From: an uncultured Saprospiraceae bacterium
GTDB taxonomy: Bacteria > Bacteroidota > Bacteroidia > Chitinophagales > Saprospiraceae
Length of the DNA: 64,000 nucleotides
Direction: 5' to 3'
Assembly: GCA_964405735.1 (NCBI GenBank)
Contig: CAYOPD010000006.1
Span: forward strand, 4,796 to 68,795
Positions 8,407-18,149 of the stretch are shown in pieces (the stretch's first letter is position 1; each line of letters starts with the position of its first letter). The position numbers were made by a program, and so were the translations under genes. The notes beneath the pieces are model-generated. The model did not search any database. It saw nothing but the letters and a program-made list of their open reading frames with translations, and was not told the DNA's origin.

Positions 8407-9605
8407 AAAGCAGGTTTAGGAAATATTGGCAAAATAAGTCCCTGACTTACCGGGTTTCGCTGGTGGTGATCTTATCCAGCCTGTTTATTGCTGCGGTTGC
8501 AGACCTGATTGCCAATGAAAAACCCTTGTTTTGCATTTGTGGGGGCCGTTGGCATTTTCCGGCCTGGAGGGATTATGCGGAGTATACCGGCCTTCTTCGC
8601 AAAACCAATGCCTTTGATTATGCCGGTTGCACCCACCGGTTGTCCGCCCTTGTTCCCTTTTCACCTTCGACCATAGACCCTGCCGGCTCAGGGTATTTAA
8701 GTCCGGCAGGTGGCCGGTCGTTGAGTGGCCACAAACACTGGCTGGGTACTGATGCTTTGGGCAGGGATGTGCTTGCCGGAATGATCCATGGAACCCGTTA
8801 TGCCTGGCTGATTGGATTGTTGTCCACCCTTCTTGCAGGAATCCCCGGAACTTTTGCAGGTATGGCCATGGGGTACTGGAGAGATCATAAGCTTAAACTG
8901 ACGATTTTTCAAATGATTGGACTGTTCTTTTTTTTCCTGTTATGGTTGTATGAATGGTCGGTATTGATGATCGTCAGTACCGGCATGATGCGGTTATTGT
9001 GTGTCATCGCCATGATGGTTTTTTTGATGGGGGTTTGTTACATACTGCTGAAGCAGGGCAAGCCGGCCGGAACCAGGACCTTTTCCGTGCCGGTAGATAG
9101 TTTGCTCATGCGTTTCATTGATTATTTCGAATCCTTCCCGCGCCTTTTCCTGATGATGGCCCTGCTGGTATTTCTGGCCAGGCCTTCCGGCGCCTTGTTG
9201 ATTGTATTGATCGCCTTTATCCGCTGGCCGCTCTTTGCCCAGGTTGCCCGTTCTGAAACACTTCGGGAAAGTTCCCTGAATTATGTGCTGGCCGCTGAAA
9301 ACCTCGGCCTTCCTTGGTATAGGATCCTTACCCGGCACATCTGGCCGAATATCCGGTCGACCCTGCTGGTCACTGCTTTGTTTTCCATCAGCACAGCGGT
9401 ATTGCTGGAAGCATCTTTGTCCTTCATCGGCCTGGGATTAAAATTGGAAAGCGTGACCTGGGGAAGTATCCTGAATGAAGGCAGGCAATACCTGCCCGGA
9501 TGGTGGCTTTCCGTATTTCCCGGATTTGCTATGTTTATCCTGTTGCTCTCCCTGCATTGGATCCTGGATGAGAAAAGCAGGAGTGGTGCGCATCGGGAAG
9601 GGTAG
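8391..9605 (+). CDS. ABC transporter permease (DppC/OppC type)
   Basis: 'WLGTDALGRDVLAGMIHG' is the classic DppC/OppC motif, and multiple TM segments follow. It overlaps the preceding permease by 16 nt. An alternative start is at 8403. Confidence 0.8.
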   Translation: MEVIMKSRFRKYWQNKSLTYRVSLVVILSSLFIAAVADLIANEKPLFCICGGRWHFPAWRDYAEYTGLLRKTNAFDYAGCTHRLSALVPFSPSTIDPAGSGYLSPAGGRSLSGHKHWLGTDALGRDVLAGMIHGTRYAWLIGLLSTLLAGIPGTFAGMAMGYWRDHKLKLTIFQMIGLFFFFLLWLYEWSVLMIVSTGMMRLLCVIAMMVFLMGVCYILLKQGKPAGTRTFSVPVDSLLMRFIDYFESFPRLFLMMALLVFLARPSGALLIVLIAFIRWPLFAQVARSETLRESSLNYVLAAENLGLPWYRILTRHIWPNIRSTLLVTALFSISTAVLLEASLSFIGLGLKLESVTWGSILNEGRQYLPGWWLSVFPGFAMFILLLSLHWILDEKSRSGAHREG

Positions 9606-9726
9606 TGGGCCCGGAAACCCTTGTCCGCCAGCACTTTCGGACCGATCATGCCCCCGAAGTATTGAAAACAGGGCATTTCCGGAAAAAAAACTTATTAAAA
9701 AATGCTATATATATGAATTTCGATCA

Positions 9727-9734
9727 TATATTTG
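9727..9734 (+). promoter_or_regulatory. Candidate Bacteroidetes-type -7 promoter box (TAnnTTTG) for the HU gene
   Basis: 'TATATTTG' lies 30 nt upstream of the HU ATG in an AT-rich spacer. I saw no clean -33 TTTG. Confidence 0.4.
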
Positions 9735-9764
9735 CCTCATATTTTTAATCAAAATTCAAATAAA

Positions 9765-10037
9765 ATGAACAAATCAGATTTAATCGACGCAATTGCCAAA
9801 GGCGCTTCTATCACTAAAGTACAGGCTGAAGCAGCCCTCGGTTCCACACTGGATTCTATCCGCAAAGCCCTCAAAAAAGGGGACCGGGTACAATTGGTTG
9901 GTTTCGGCACTTTCTCCGTTTCCAAACGTGCTGCCCGTACCGGCCGGAATCCTCAGACCGGCAAAGCGATTAAAATTGCTGCCCGTAAAGTGGCCAAATT
10001 TAAAGCTGGTAAAGAACTCTCAACCGCGGTGAAATAA
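9765..10037 (+). CDS. HU family DNA-binding protein
   Basis: '[12 protein letters not shown]...[48 protein letters not shown]' is a canonical HU/IHF fold sequence. I trimmed the track ORF (9732) to the Met at 9765. Confidence 0.92.
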   Translation: MNKSDLIDAIAKGASITKVQAEAALGSTLDSIRKALKKGDRVQLVGFGTFSVSKRAARTGRNPQTGKAIKIAARKVAKFKAGKELSTAVK

Positions 10038-10076
10038 ATCATTGCGCCCGGTTCATTAGTAACCACTGGAATAAAT

Positions 10077-10110
10077 AAAAGGCAGGTGTAGTTTTATACC
10101 TGCCTTTTGT
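10077..10110 (+). terminator. Rho-independent terminator after the HU gene
   Basis: 'ggcaggt' (10081-10087) pairs with 'acctgcc' (10098-10104). It is flanked by an A-tract upstream and 'ttttgt' downstream. Confidence 0.75.
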
Positions 10111-10116
10111 ATTTGA

Positions 10117-11016
10117 ATGGATCCTGAGTTTGAGGTTAATCAAATTCTCTCTTTCTTTGCGGAGTTTATGAAAAAAGATCTGGATTCACTCCGTGCCCTG
10201 GCATCCCAGGTTCGCAGGGACATTGTCCGTATGGTTTACCAGTGCCAGAGTGGCCATCCGGGCGGCTCGCTGGGATGTACGGAATTTATGGTTGCTCTTT
10301 ATGGAGAGCACCTCAGGTACCATCTTCCCTTCACCATGGAAGGCAAAGGGGAAGATTTGTTTTTCCTCTCCAACGGCCATATTTCAGCGCTATGGTACAG
10401 TGTGCTTTCAAGGCTTGGATTTTTCCCGGTAAGCGAACTCGCCACTTTCCGCAAAATCAATAGCCGGTTGCAAGGCCATCCCGCCACCCATGAAGGATTA
10501 CCCGGTGTCCGGGTGGCCTCCGGATCCCTGGGCCAGGGAATTTCGGTTGGCGTCGGTGCCGCCCTTGCGAAAAAACTGGAGGCTGATCCCGGACTGGTCT
10601 ATGTGTTGACCGGTGATGGTGAATTGGATGAAGGACAGAACTGGGAAGCCATCATGAGTGCAGCCCACCACGGCGTGGACAACCTGATCGTCACCGTGGA
10701 CTGGAACGGTCAACAAATTGACGGCCCGACCGATAAGGTGATGAACCTGGGTGATTTGCCCGCTAAATGGCGGGCATTCGGCTGGGACGTTCTCATCCTG
10801 GAAAACGGAAACCATATGGAAGAAGTGGTCCAGGCACTAGCAGAAGCCAAATCCAGGCTGCACCAGCACAAACCGGTGGTGATCCTGATGAAAACGATGA
10901 TGGGTTACGGGGTTGACTTTATGATGGGAAGCCACAAATGGCATGGCGTGGCTCCCAATGAAGAACAATGTAAAAACGCCCTGGCCCAACTGCCAGAAAC
11001 CCTGGGGGATTATTAA
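10117..11016 (+). CDS. Transketolase, N-terminal (TPP-binding) subunit
   Basis: 'GHPGGSLGCTEFMVALY', 'SNGHISALWYS' and 'GDGELDEGQNWEA' are the TPP-binding motif. 299 aa, consistent with the split form. Confidence 0.9.
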   Translation: MDPEFEVNQILSFFAEFMKKDLDSLRALASQVRRDIVRMVYQCQSGHPGGSLGCTEFMVALYGEHLRYHLPFTMEGKGEDLFFLSNGHISALWYSVLSRLGFFPVSELATFRKINSRLQGHPATHEGLPGVRVASGSLGQGISVGVGAALAKKLEADPGLVYVLTGDGELDEGQNWEAIMSAAHHGVDNLIVTVDWNGQQIDGPTDKVMNLGDLPAKWRAFGWDVLILENGNHMEEVVQALAEAKSRLHQHKPVVILMKTMMGYGVDFMMGSHKWHGVAPNEEQCKNALAQLPETLGDY

Positions 11017-11046
11017 ATTTTCTTTTGAACAGAATAAGTAATACGC

Positions 11047-12012
11047 ATGATCAATATCAATGACCTGGTAGTTACCGGTAAAAAAGCCACAAGAGACGGA
11101 TTCGGCACCGGCTTGCTTGAAGCGGCCCGTCAAAATAAGGACGTCGTGGCCCTCACCGCCGACCTGCTGGGCTCCCTGAAAATGGATGAGTTTAAAAAAG
11201 AGTTTCCCGGGCGTTTTTTTCAATTGGGCATTGCGGAAGCCAACATGATGGGTGTGGCGGCCGGCATGGCAATCACCGGTAAAATCCCATATACCGGAAC
11301 TTTTGCCAACTTTTCCACCGGAAGGGTTTACGACCAGATCAGGCAGTCCATCGCTTATTCACATAAAAATGTAAAGATTTGTGCCTCCCATGCCGGATTG
11401 ACCCTGGGTGAAGACGGTGCTACCCACCAGATCCTCGAAGACATCAGCATGATGCGCACCTTGCCAGGTATGAATGTGATCGTACCCTGCGACGCCCACC
11501 AAACCCATCTGGCCACAGTGGCTATTGCACGGCATCATGGCCCGGTTTACCTTCGTTTCGGTCGCCCGGCATGGCCCATCTTTACAGAAGCGCTTCCGTT
11601 TGAAATCGGGAAAGCCCAGGTGTTGAATGAAGGGTCCGATGTCACACTGGTTGCTGCCGGACACCTGGTATGGAACGGGGTCGAGGCGGTTAAATTGCTC
11701 GCCCAGGAAGGGATTCATTGCGACCTCATCAATATGCATACCATCAAACCCTTTGATCAATCCGCCCTGCTGGATAGTGTGGGCAAAACAAAATGTGTGG
11801 TCACCGCCGAAGAACATCAGATCTATGGTGGACTGGGTGATGCCGTAGCCGGTGTCCTGACACGGAACTTCCCGGTACCCCAGGAATATGTGGCCGTCAA
11901 CGACAGCTTCGGCGAAAGTGGCAAACCCGATGAATTGCTGATCAAATATGGTCTTGGTGTACAGGATATTGTAAAAGCCATAAAACGGGTGTTGCAGCGG
12001 AAAAAGGTTTAG
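11047..12012 (+). CDS. Transketolase, C-terminal (pyrimidine-binding/C-terminal domain) subunit
   Basis: 'FQLGIAEANMMGVAAGMA', 'GEDGATHQILEDISMMRTLPGM' and 'GPVYLRFGR'. It directly follows the N-terminal subunit. Confidence 0.9.
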   Translation: MININDLVVTGKKATRDGFGTGLLEAARQNKDVVALTADLLGSLKMDEFKKEFPGRFFQLGIAEANMMGVAAGMAITGKIPYTGTFANFSTGRVYDQIRQSIAYSHKNVKICASHAGLTLGEDGATHQILEDISMMRTLPGMNVIVPCDAHQTHLATVAIARHHGPVYLRFGRPAWPIFTEALPFEIGKAQVLNEGSDVTLVAAGHLVWNGVEAVKLLAQEGIHCDLINMHTIKPFDQSALLDSVGKTKCVVTAEEHQIYGGLGDAVAGVLTRNFPVPQEYVAVNDSFGESGKPDELLIKYGLGVQDIVKAIKRVLQRKKV

Positions 12013-12057
12013 GAAGAGCCTGCCGCGGGCAAAGGATCAAACAACACTGAGATCTCA

Positions 12058-12720
12058 TTGAAAAAGCTTTTCATTTTTGCCGGCTTGTTAATGGGTCACT
12101 GGGACATATCGATTGCCCAGCAACCGCCATTTTGGTCCGAGATCAGCGCCTTTAGCAGGGAGGACAGCCAGCAATCGCCCGGTACCGGCATGATTGTATT
12201 CACCGGAAGTTCTTCCATACGTTTATGGAAATCGCTGGAACAGGACTTCAACGGCCACCGGGTGCTCAACCGGGGTTTTGGAGGATCTACCCTGCCTGAT
12301 GTGATCCGGTATGCAGGGGAAGTCATCCTCAAATACAAACCCAGTCAGGTGGTCGTCTACTGCGGGGAGAATGATCTCGCTGCAGACAGCAGCATCCATG
12401 GGAAAACCGTATTGAAAAGATTCAAAAGCCTGACCGGGATCATACACGATTCCCTGCCCGAAACGAAGATCCTGTTCATCGCCCTCAAACCAAGTCCATC
12501 CCGCATTCGCCTCCTGGAAGAAATCAGGGACGCCAATCGCCGCATCCGCCGCTATATTAAACCAAGGAAATACATGGCTTACGCCGATGTCTTTACGCCC
12601 ATGCTGGGACCGGATGGCCTGCCTCCCGAACGATTGTTTGTCAAAGACCGCCTGCACATGTCCAAGGAAGGGTATAAGATATGGACGGAAGTGGTGGGAC
12701 CCTTGTTGATCCGCGATTGA
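12058..12720 (+). CDS. SGNH/GDSL-like hydrolase (lipase/acylhydrolase), secreted
   Basis: Signal peptide, block I 'IVFTGSSSIRLW', block III 'GENDL', and a C-terminal 'DRLHMSKEGY' (DxxH). TTG start. Confidence 0.75.
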   Translation: MKKLFIFAGLLMGHWDISIAQQPPFWSEISAFSREDSQQSPGTGMIVFTGSSSIRLWKSLEQDFNGHRVLNRGFGGSTLPDVIRYAGEVILKYKPSQVVVYCGENDLAADSSIHGKTVLKRFKSLTGIIHDSLPETKILFIALKPSPSRIRLLEEIRDANRRIRRYIKPRKYMAYADVFTPMLGPDGLPPERLFVKDRLHMSKEGYKIWTEVVGPLLIRD

Positions 12721-12742
12721 TCCGATAACTTTTTTACTTGCC

Positions 12743-12768
12743 AACGGGCTCACTAACCGCCCGTTTCC
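12743..12768 (+). terminator. Possible intrinsic terminator after the SGNH hydrolase gene
   Basis: 'aacgggc' (12743-12749) pairs with 'gcccgtt' (12759-12765), with a 9-nt loop and then 'ttcc'. The T-tract is short. Confidence 0.45.
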
Positions 12769-12800
12769 AATTCTCCCCATATTCCCTTATTTTGGCAAGA

Positions 12801-13319
12801 ATGGAAAACCAGGTTTATTTTTCAGAAGTACAGCGTTTTAAAAAATGGTGGGTCTGGCTCATCCTGCTAACCATGATTGGTTTGTATTCCTATGGGGTGA
12901 CCAGGCAAGTGTTTTTCAATCGGCCTTTCGGCCAAAAACCCATGTCAGACTCTATTTTACTTCTTACATTGGGTCTTATCGTTTTCATCTCAATCCTGGT
13001 CTACAATATCCGGCTGGATACGGTGATCCGGAAAGATGGGGTCCAGGTGCGCTTTTTCCCTTTTCATTTCCACTACCGTTTTTTTTCATGGGATTCCATT
13101 CGCCATTGGCAGGTACGCAAATACAATGCCATCATCGAATACGGGGGCTGGGGTTTCAGGCTCGGATTATTGGGCAAAGGCAAAGCCCTTTCGATCTCGG
13201 GAAACCAGGGACTGCAGCTGGAATTCAATGATGATAAAAAATTGTTGATCGGGACACAGAAGCCCATTGAAATGGAGGAAGCCATTGTGCGGGCCCGGCA
13301 GCGTACTGACCCGGAATAA
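12801..13319 (+). CDS. Hypothetical membrane protein (two N-terminal TM helices plus a soluble C-terminal domain)
   Basis: Trimmed to the Met at 12801 ('MENQVYFSEVQRFKKWWVWLILLTMIGLY...'). It has two hydrophobic helices. I recognise no family. Confidence 0.6.
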   Translation: MENQVYFSEVQRFKKWWVWLILLTMIGLYSYGVTRQVFFNRPFGQKPMSDSILLLTLGLIVFISILVYNIRLDTVIRKDGVQVRFFPFHFHYRFFSWDSIRHWQVRKYNAIIEYGGWGFRLGLLGKGKALSISGNQGLQLEFNDDKKLLIGTQKPIEMEEAIVRARQRTDPE

Positions 13320-13421
13320 CAGGTTTGCCAAAGATAGAGACCGGGAGATATCAAGATAAAAGTCCGGAAATTCGACCTTTGCAGTTGGATGCTCCATTTA
13401 TCGTAATCATTCATTTGAACC

Positions 13422-15713
13422 TTGACCGTGGGACATTTACCAAAATTGATTGAAGACCTGGCCCTGATCCTGATCGTGGGCGCCATGGTAACCTTATTGT
13501 TCAGGAGGATCCGGCAACCCCTGGTCCTGGGTTATATCCTGGCCGGTTTCCTGGTGGGGCCACACCTTTCCATGTTCCCCACTGTGGCGGATATGGAGAA
13601 CGTGGAGACCCTGGCCGAAATCGGTGTGATCTTCCTGCTTTTCAGCCTTGGTCTCGAATTCAGCTTTAAAAAACTCATGCGCATCGGCGGCACGGCCTCC
13701 ATCACAGCGGGCATCGAAATCGTATTCATCACCCTCGCCGGATACATCACCGGAAAGCTGATGGGATGGACCACCATGGACAGCCTGTTTCTGGGGGGCA
13801 TGCTGGCCAGTTCTTCCACGACCATCATCATTCGCGCTTTTGATGAACTGGGTGTGAAAACCAAACAATTCGCCCGCGTGGTTTTTGGAGTGCTCGTTGT
13901 GGAAGACATCGTGGTGATCCTGCTGATGGTCGTTTTGTCGACGGTTGCAGTTACGAGGACCTTTGAAGGGACACAATTATTTTTCACCATTGCCAAGTTG
14001 TTGTTTTTTCTCATTCTTTGGTTTATCACCGGTATTTTTATTTTACCTACTTTTTTAAGGAGGGTCAGGACTTTACTGGATGAGGAGACCCTGCTTATCC
14101 TGGCCATTGGCCTTTGCCTGGGCATGGTCGTATTGGCCACCCAGGTGGGTTTTTCAGCCGAACTGGGCGCCTTCATCATGGGCTCCATTCTTGCAGAAAC
14201 GACCAAGGCCGAGAAAGTGGAACACCTGATCAAACCGGTCAAAGACCTGTTTGGCGCTGTTTTTTTTGTATCGGTAGGTATGCTGATCGATCCCGTCGCC
14301 ATAAAAGAATATGGATGGGCGGTGATTCTGGTCTCCCTGTTGACCATTTTTGGAAAATTTTTGAGTACTGCTGCAGGTGCGCTGATATCAGGACAGACCC
14401 TCAAACAATCGGTGCAGGTAGGGATGAGCATGGCCCAGATCGGGGAATTTGCTTTCATCGTAGCCACCCTGGGCCTGTCGCTGGGCGTAATCAGTGACTT
14501 CCTGTTTCCGGTTGCCGTGGGCGCCTCTGCCATCACTACCTTTACTACTCCCTATTTTATCCGTTATTCGGGGAAGGCATATGATCTGATTGCCGGATGG
14601 CTGCCATCCCGTTGGCTGAATGCCCTGGACCGGTATGCTTACAGTACCCAGGTCACCCAGGTGGAAGGCACCTGGCAGGTCGCGGCCAAATCATACATCA
14701 ATATCCTCCTGATCAACACGATTGTATTGGCCGCCATTCTTTTGCTTTCCGTCAGGTACCTGCTGCCTTTGTCGTTGGATTGGAGCGAAAATCAGACCGT
14801 GGGTCATGGTTTTGCCCTGGGGCTAACCTTGTTGGTATCCTTGCCTTTTTTATGGGGCCTGATGGCCAAACGCCCGGGAAACATGACCTACCGCGAATTG
14901 TGGCTGAACCGTTCGGCCAGTTATGGTGCCCTGAGGATCATTGATATCCTGCGCATCATTGGCGGCATTTTGCTGATCGGATTTATCATTGACCAATTTT
15001 TTTCAACCCTGGTATCCCTGATTGCCGTCCCCATGATCCTGGGAATGTTGTTGTTTTGGTCCAATAAAATTCAGGTTTTTTACAGCCGGCTGGAAGAACG
15101 TTTCCTGACCAATCTCAATGCCCGGGAGACGGCCGCCAAAGCAAACCTGACGGACGAGAAACGGTTGCACCAAAAATTTACGTCCTCCCTGAAACTATCC
15201 CCCTGGGACGTCCATTTGGTCGATCTGAAGGTAGACCCCCAGGCATACAGTGTAGGCAAATCTTTGCAGGATTTGGGGTGGCGGGAAAAATATGGAGTGA
15301 ATGTGGCCTATATCCGCCGTGGTGATAAATTGATCTATGCGCCGGACAGAAACCAAAAAATTTACCCTCATGATCAATTGGGCATTATCGCAACGGATGA
15401 ACAAATCCAGCTTTTTAAGCCTTCATTCGATACCTGCGAATCGGTTGAACCCACTGAGCCGCACGTCGAAGACATTGTGCTTCAGAAAATTCAGGTGGAT
15501 GACAGCAATCAACTGTCAGGCCAGACCATTCGCAATTCAGAGATCCGGGAAAAAACCAAAGGGCTGGTCATTGGGATTGAACGTGGAAGCGAACGAATGA
15601 TCAATCCACGGTCCGATGTCCGCTTTGAAGACGGAGACATCGTCTGGCTGGTAGGAGAAAGACATAGGATCCACGACCAGTTTTCCATCATGGCTCCGGT
15701 CCAGGAACATTGA
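13422..15713 (+). CDS. Cation:proton antiporter (CPA2/Kef-type) with C-terminal RCK_C (TrkA-C) domains
   Basis: 763 aa. 'LPKLIEDLALILIVGAMVTLLFRRIRQPLVLGYILAGFLVGP' is a typical CPA2 N-terminus. 12 or more TM segments are followed by two repeats resembling TrkA-C ('GKSLQDLGWREKYGVNVAYIRRG', 'GQTIRNSEIREKTKGLVIGIERG'). TTG start. Confidence 0.85.
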   Translation: MTVGHLPKLIEDLALILIVGAMVTLLFRRIRQPLVLGYILAGFLVGPHLSMFPTVADMENVETLAEIGVIFLLFSLGLEFSFKKLMRIGGTASITAGIEIVFITLAGYITGKLMGWTTMDSLFLGGMLASSSTTIIIRAFDELGVKTKQFARVVFGVLVVEDIVVILLMVVLSTVAVTRTFEGTQLFFTIAKLLFFLILWFITGIFILPTFLRRVRTLLDEETLLILAIGLCLGMVVLATQVGFSAELGAFIMGSILAETTKAEKVEHLIKPVKDLFGAVFFVSVGMLIDPVAIKEYGWAVILVSLLTIFGKFLSTAAGALISGQTLKQSVQVGMSMAQIGEFAFIVATLGLSLGVISDFLFPVAVGASAITTFTTPYFIRYSGKAYDLIAGWLPSRWLNALDRYAYSTQVTQVEGTWQVAAKSYINILLINTIVLAAILLLSVRYLLPLSLDWSENQTVGHGFALGLTLLVSLPFLWGLMAKRPGNMTYRELWLNRSASYGALRIIDILRIIGGILLIGFIIDQFFSTLVSLIAVPMILGMLLFWSNKIQVFYSRLEERFLTNLNARETAAKANLTDEKRLHQKFTSSLKLSPWDVHLVDLKVDPQAYSVGKSLQDLGWREKYGVNVAYIRRGDKLIYAPDRNQKIYPHDQLGIIATDEQIQLFKPSFDTCESVEPTEPHVEDIVLQKIQVDDSNQLSGQTIRNSEIREKTKGLVIGIERGSERMINPRSDVRFEDGDIVWLVGERHRIHDQFSIMAPVQEH

Positions 15714-15813
15714 TGGATTCAGCTCCTTAATGCAACCTGGCCCGCAGATTTGTATTTGGAGTTGATTCTTATTAATTTGAGCTATTAGGATTTTTAGCCC
15801 CTCTTATAGTATC

Positions 15814-16617
15814 ATGTCTGCAAATAAAATGGTCAACCGGTTCCGTCGTCAAATGGACTTGTTTTACAGGTGTTTGGCAAAAACAAGGATTACCCTGACT
15901 ATGGAGAATATCCACCGCCTCCGGGTAGCCATCAAGAATCTCCGTTCGCTCCTGGTTTTATTGGACAAGGCATGCGGAGGCGCGCTGAAAAAGAAAGATC
16001 ATTTGAAGATCTATGCGCCCTTGTTTAGATTAGCCGGCCAGGTGAGGGACATCCAGATCAGCCTGGGCCTTCTGAAATCCAACAGCGCGTCCTACCTGGT
16101 TCCTTATAAAAAATACATGGGCCAGAAGCTCAGACTGAAACTCCGCCTCCTGCAGGCCGAAACCCAGGCCATCGACCTTAGCCGGCTGGATAAACTCAAT
16201 GCTGCACTGGTCAAAAATCTGGAAGTCCTGCATCCGGGATCAATGCCTGAGCGGACCGATGCCCTGATCAGCCATGTTCTGAGGCGTGTACATGCCCTGT
16301 CGCTAAAACCCAGGGATCTTAAGACCCTTCACGATATCCGCATTTTACTCAAAACGGTGCAGGAAAACCTGGGCATCCTCCTGCGGATAAAACCATCACC
16401 GGGATGGAGATCGATGGATAAAAAACTGAGCCCCTTGTACAATGCCCTAGGAAAATGGCATGACGAAGCTTTATTGATCAAATCCATTAAAGCCTTCCTG
16501 CTTAAAGCCGGCCCTGGCAAGGTGTATTTGGAACGACTGGGCAACAGGTTGAAGAAGAAAAACAAAACCAGGGAGGACAAGATCTATAAACTGCTTCACC
16601 GTATACCAAGCCGGTAA
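15814..16617 (+). CDS. CHAD domain-containing protein
   Basis: All-helical 267 aa. The 'IHRLRVAIKNLRSLL' and 'LHDIRILLKTVQENL' helices are CHAD-like. Confidence 0.65.
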   Translation: MSANKMVNRFRRQMDLFYRCLAKTRITLTMENIHRLRVAIKNLRSLLVLLDKACGGALKKKDHLKIYAPLFRLAGQVRDIQISLGLLKSNSASYLVPYKKYMGQKLRLKLRLLQAETQAIDLSRLDKLNAALVKNLEVLHPGSMPERTDALISHVLRRVHALSLKPRDLKTLHDIRILLKTVQENLGILLRIKPSPGWRSMDKKLSPLYNALGKWHDEALLIKSIKAFLLKAGPGKVYLERLGNRLKKKNKTREDKIYKLLHRIPSR

Positions 16618-16738
16618 AATCGCAGGCCCATCGTAAATGAAACAGGAATTCAACTAATACTTCAACTTCATGCCTATTTGAAATATACAGAACTATAAGT
16701 TATTTTGAGGACGCTGAAAACGCTTAATCTTATATACG

Positions 16739-18091
16739 ATGAATACAAAATCTTCAAGGTCCCGCCGCCGTTTCATCCGGACTTCCGTTGCCGGAGCCGG
16801 CTTGTTGGCAGGAGGGGTGCTTCCCGGCTTTTCCGCCTCAAGTTACCGGAGGATCCCCGGCGCCAATGAAAAAATCAGGGCCTCGGTCATGGGTGTCAAC
16901 AGCAGGGGTTTCGCCCTCGCCCAGAATTTTGCCTACCAGGATGCCTGCGATGTGGTCCATATCTGCGATGTCGATCGTCGGGCTGCCGACAAATGCATCA
17001 AAGGCCTCGAAAGCATCCAGGACCTGAAACCCAAAGCTTATGGGGATTTCAGAAAATCTTTGGAGAGCAGTGAAGTGGATGTCCTGGTGGTTGCCGCCCC
17101 CGACCATTGGCATGCGCCTGCGGCCCTGCTCGCTTTGCAGGCAGGCAAACATGTTTATCTCGAAAAACCCTGCAGCCACAATCCGCAGGAGGGTGAAATC
17201 CTGGTGAAGGCTGCCATGAAGTATAAAAAGTCTATACAGATGGGAAACCAGCGACGCTCCTGGCCCAATGTGATGGAGGGCATCGCGGAACTGAAAAATG
17301 GCATCATCGGCAGGCCTTATTTTGGCAAAGGCTGGTATACCAACAACCGGGAATCCATAGGTATTGGTAAACCCGCCGCCGTCCCGGACTGGCTCGACTG
17401 GGATCTCTGGCAGGGCCCCGCACCGCGGAAACCTTATCAGAACAATGTGGTGCATTACAACTGGCATTGGTTTTGGAATTGGGGCACCGGCGAAGCGCTC
17501 AACAATGGTACCCATATGATCGATCTGCTGCGCTGGGGGCTTGGGGTCGACTTTCCGGTGAAAGTGAGTTCAAATGGCGGCAGGTTCCATTTTAAAGACG
17601 ATTGGGAAACCCCGGACACCCAGGTCATCAACCTGGACTTCAAAGAAGGTGCTTCAATGAGCTGGGAAGGCAGGAGCTGCAACGGCAGACACATCGAAGG
17701 CAGCTCGGTCGGGGTGATCTTTTACGGAGAAAATGGCGCTTTATTTATCCCAAGTGGAAATGAATACCGGGTATACGATTTGAAAAATAAACTGGTCAAA
17801 GAAAAAAAGGATAGCCGTCCTGTGGACCCCAGGGATCTGGCAAATCCGGCGGGACATCTCGACGCCCTTCACATCCTTAATTTTTTCGACAACATTTCTA
17901 AAGGAGAAAAACTGAAATCCGATATCGATTCTGGCCACAAGAGCACCTTGCTGGTGCAGTTGGGCAATATTGCGCAACGGGTAGGGCATTCCCTGGAAAT
18001 CAATCCTCAAAACGGGCATATTCTGGGTGATGTGGCCGCACAAAAGCTTTGGTCGAGGGAATATGAAAGAGGCTGGGAAATGAAGTTGTAA
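16739..18091 (+). CDS. Gfo/Idh/MocA family oxidoreductase with twin-arginine signal
   Basis: 'SRRRFIRTSVAGAGLLAGG' is a TAT motif. Rossmann 'ASVMGVNSRG' and 'EKPCSHN'. Paralogous to 37365-38678. Confidence 0.88.
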   Translation: MNTKSSRSRRRFIRTSVAGAGLLAGGVLPGFSASSYRRIPGANEKIRASVMGVNSRGFALAQNFAYQDACDVVHICDVDRRAADKCIKGLESIQDLKPKAYGDFRKSLESSEVDVLVVAAPDHWHAPAALLALQAGKHVYLEKPCSHNPQEGEILVKAAMKYKKSIQMGNQRRSWPNVMEGIAELKNGIIGRPYFGKGWYTNNRESIGIGKPAAVPDWLDWDLWQGPAPRKPYQNNVVHYNWHWFWNWGTGEALNNGTHMIDLLRWGLGVDFPVKVSSNGGRFHFKDDWETPDTQVINLDFKEGASMSWEGRSCNGRHIEGSSVGVIFYGENGALFIPSGNEYRVYDLKNKLVKEKKDSRPVDPRDLANPAGHLDALHILNFFDNISKGEKLKSDIDSGHKSTLLVQLGNIAQRVGHSLEINPQNGHILGDVAAQKLWSREYERGWEMKL

Positions 18092-18149
18092 TCGCAGATG
18101 CATCTCCAGGCAGCCTCTCCAATCATTCAAATAACCGCAACCACATCAA

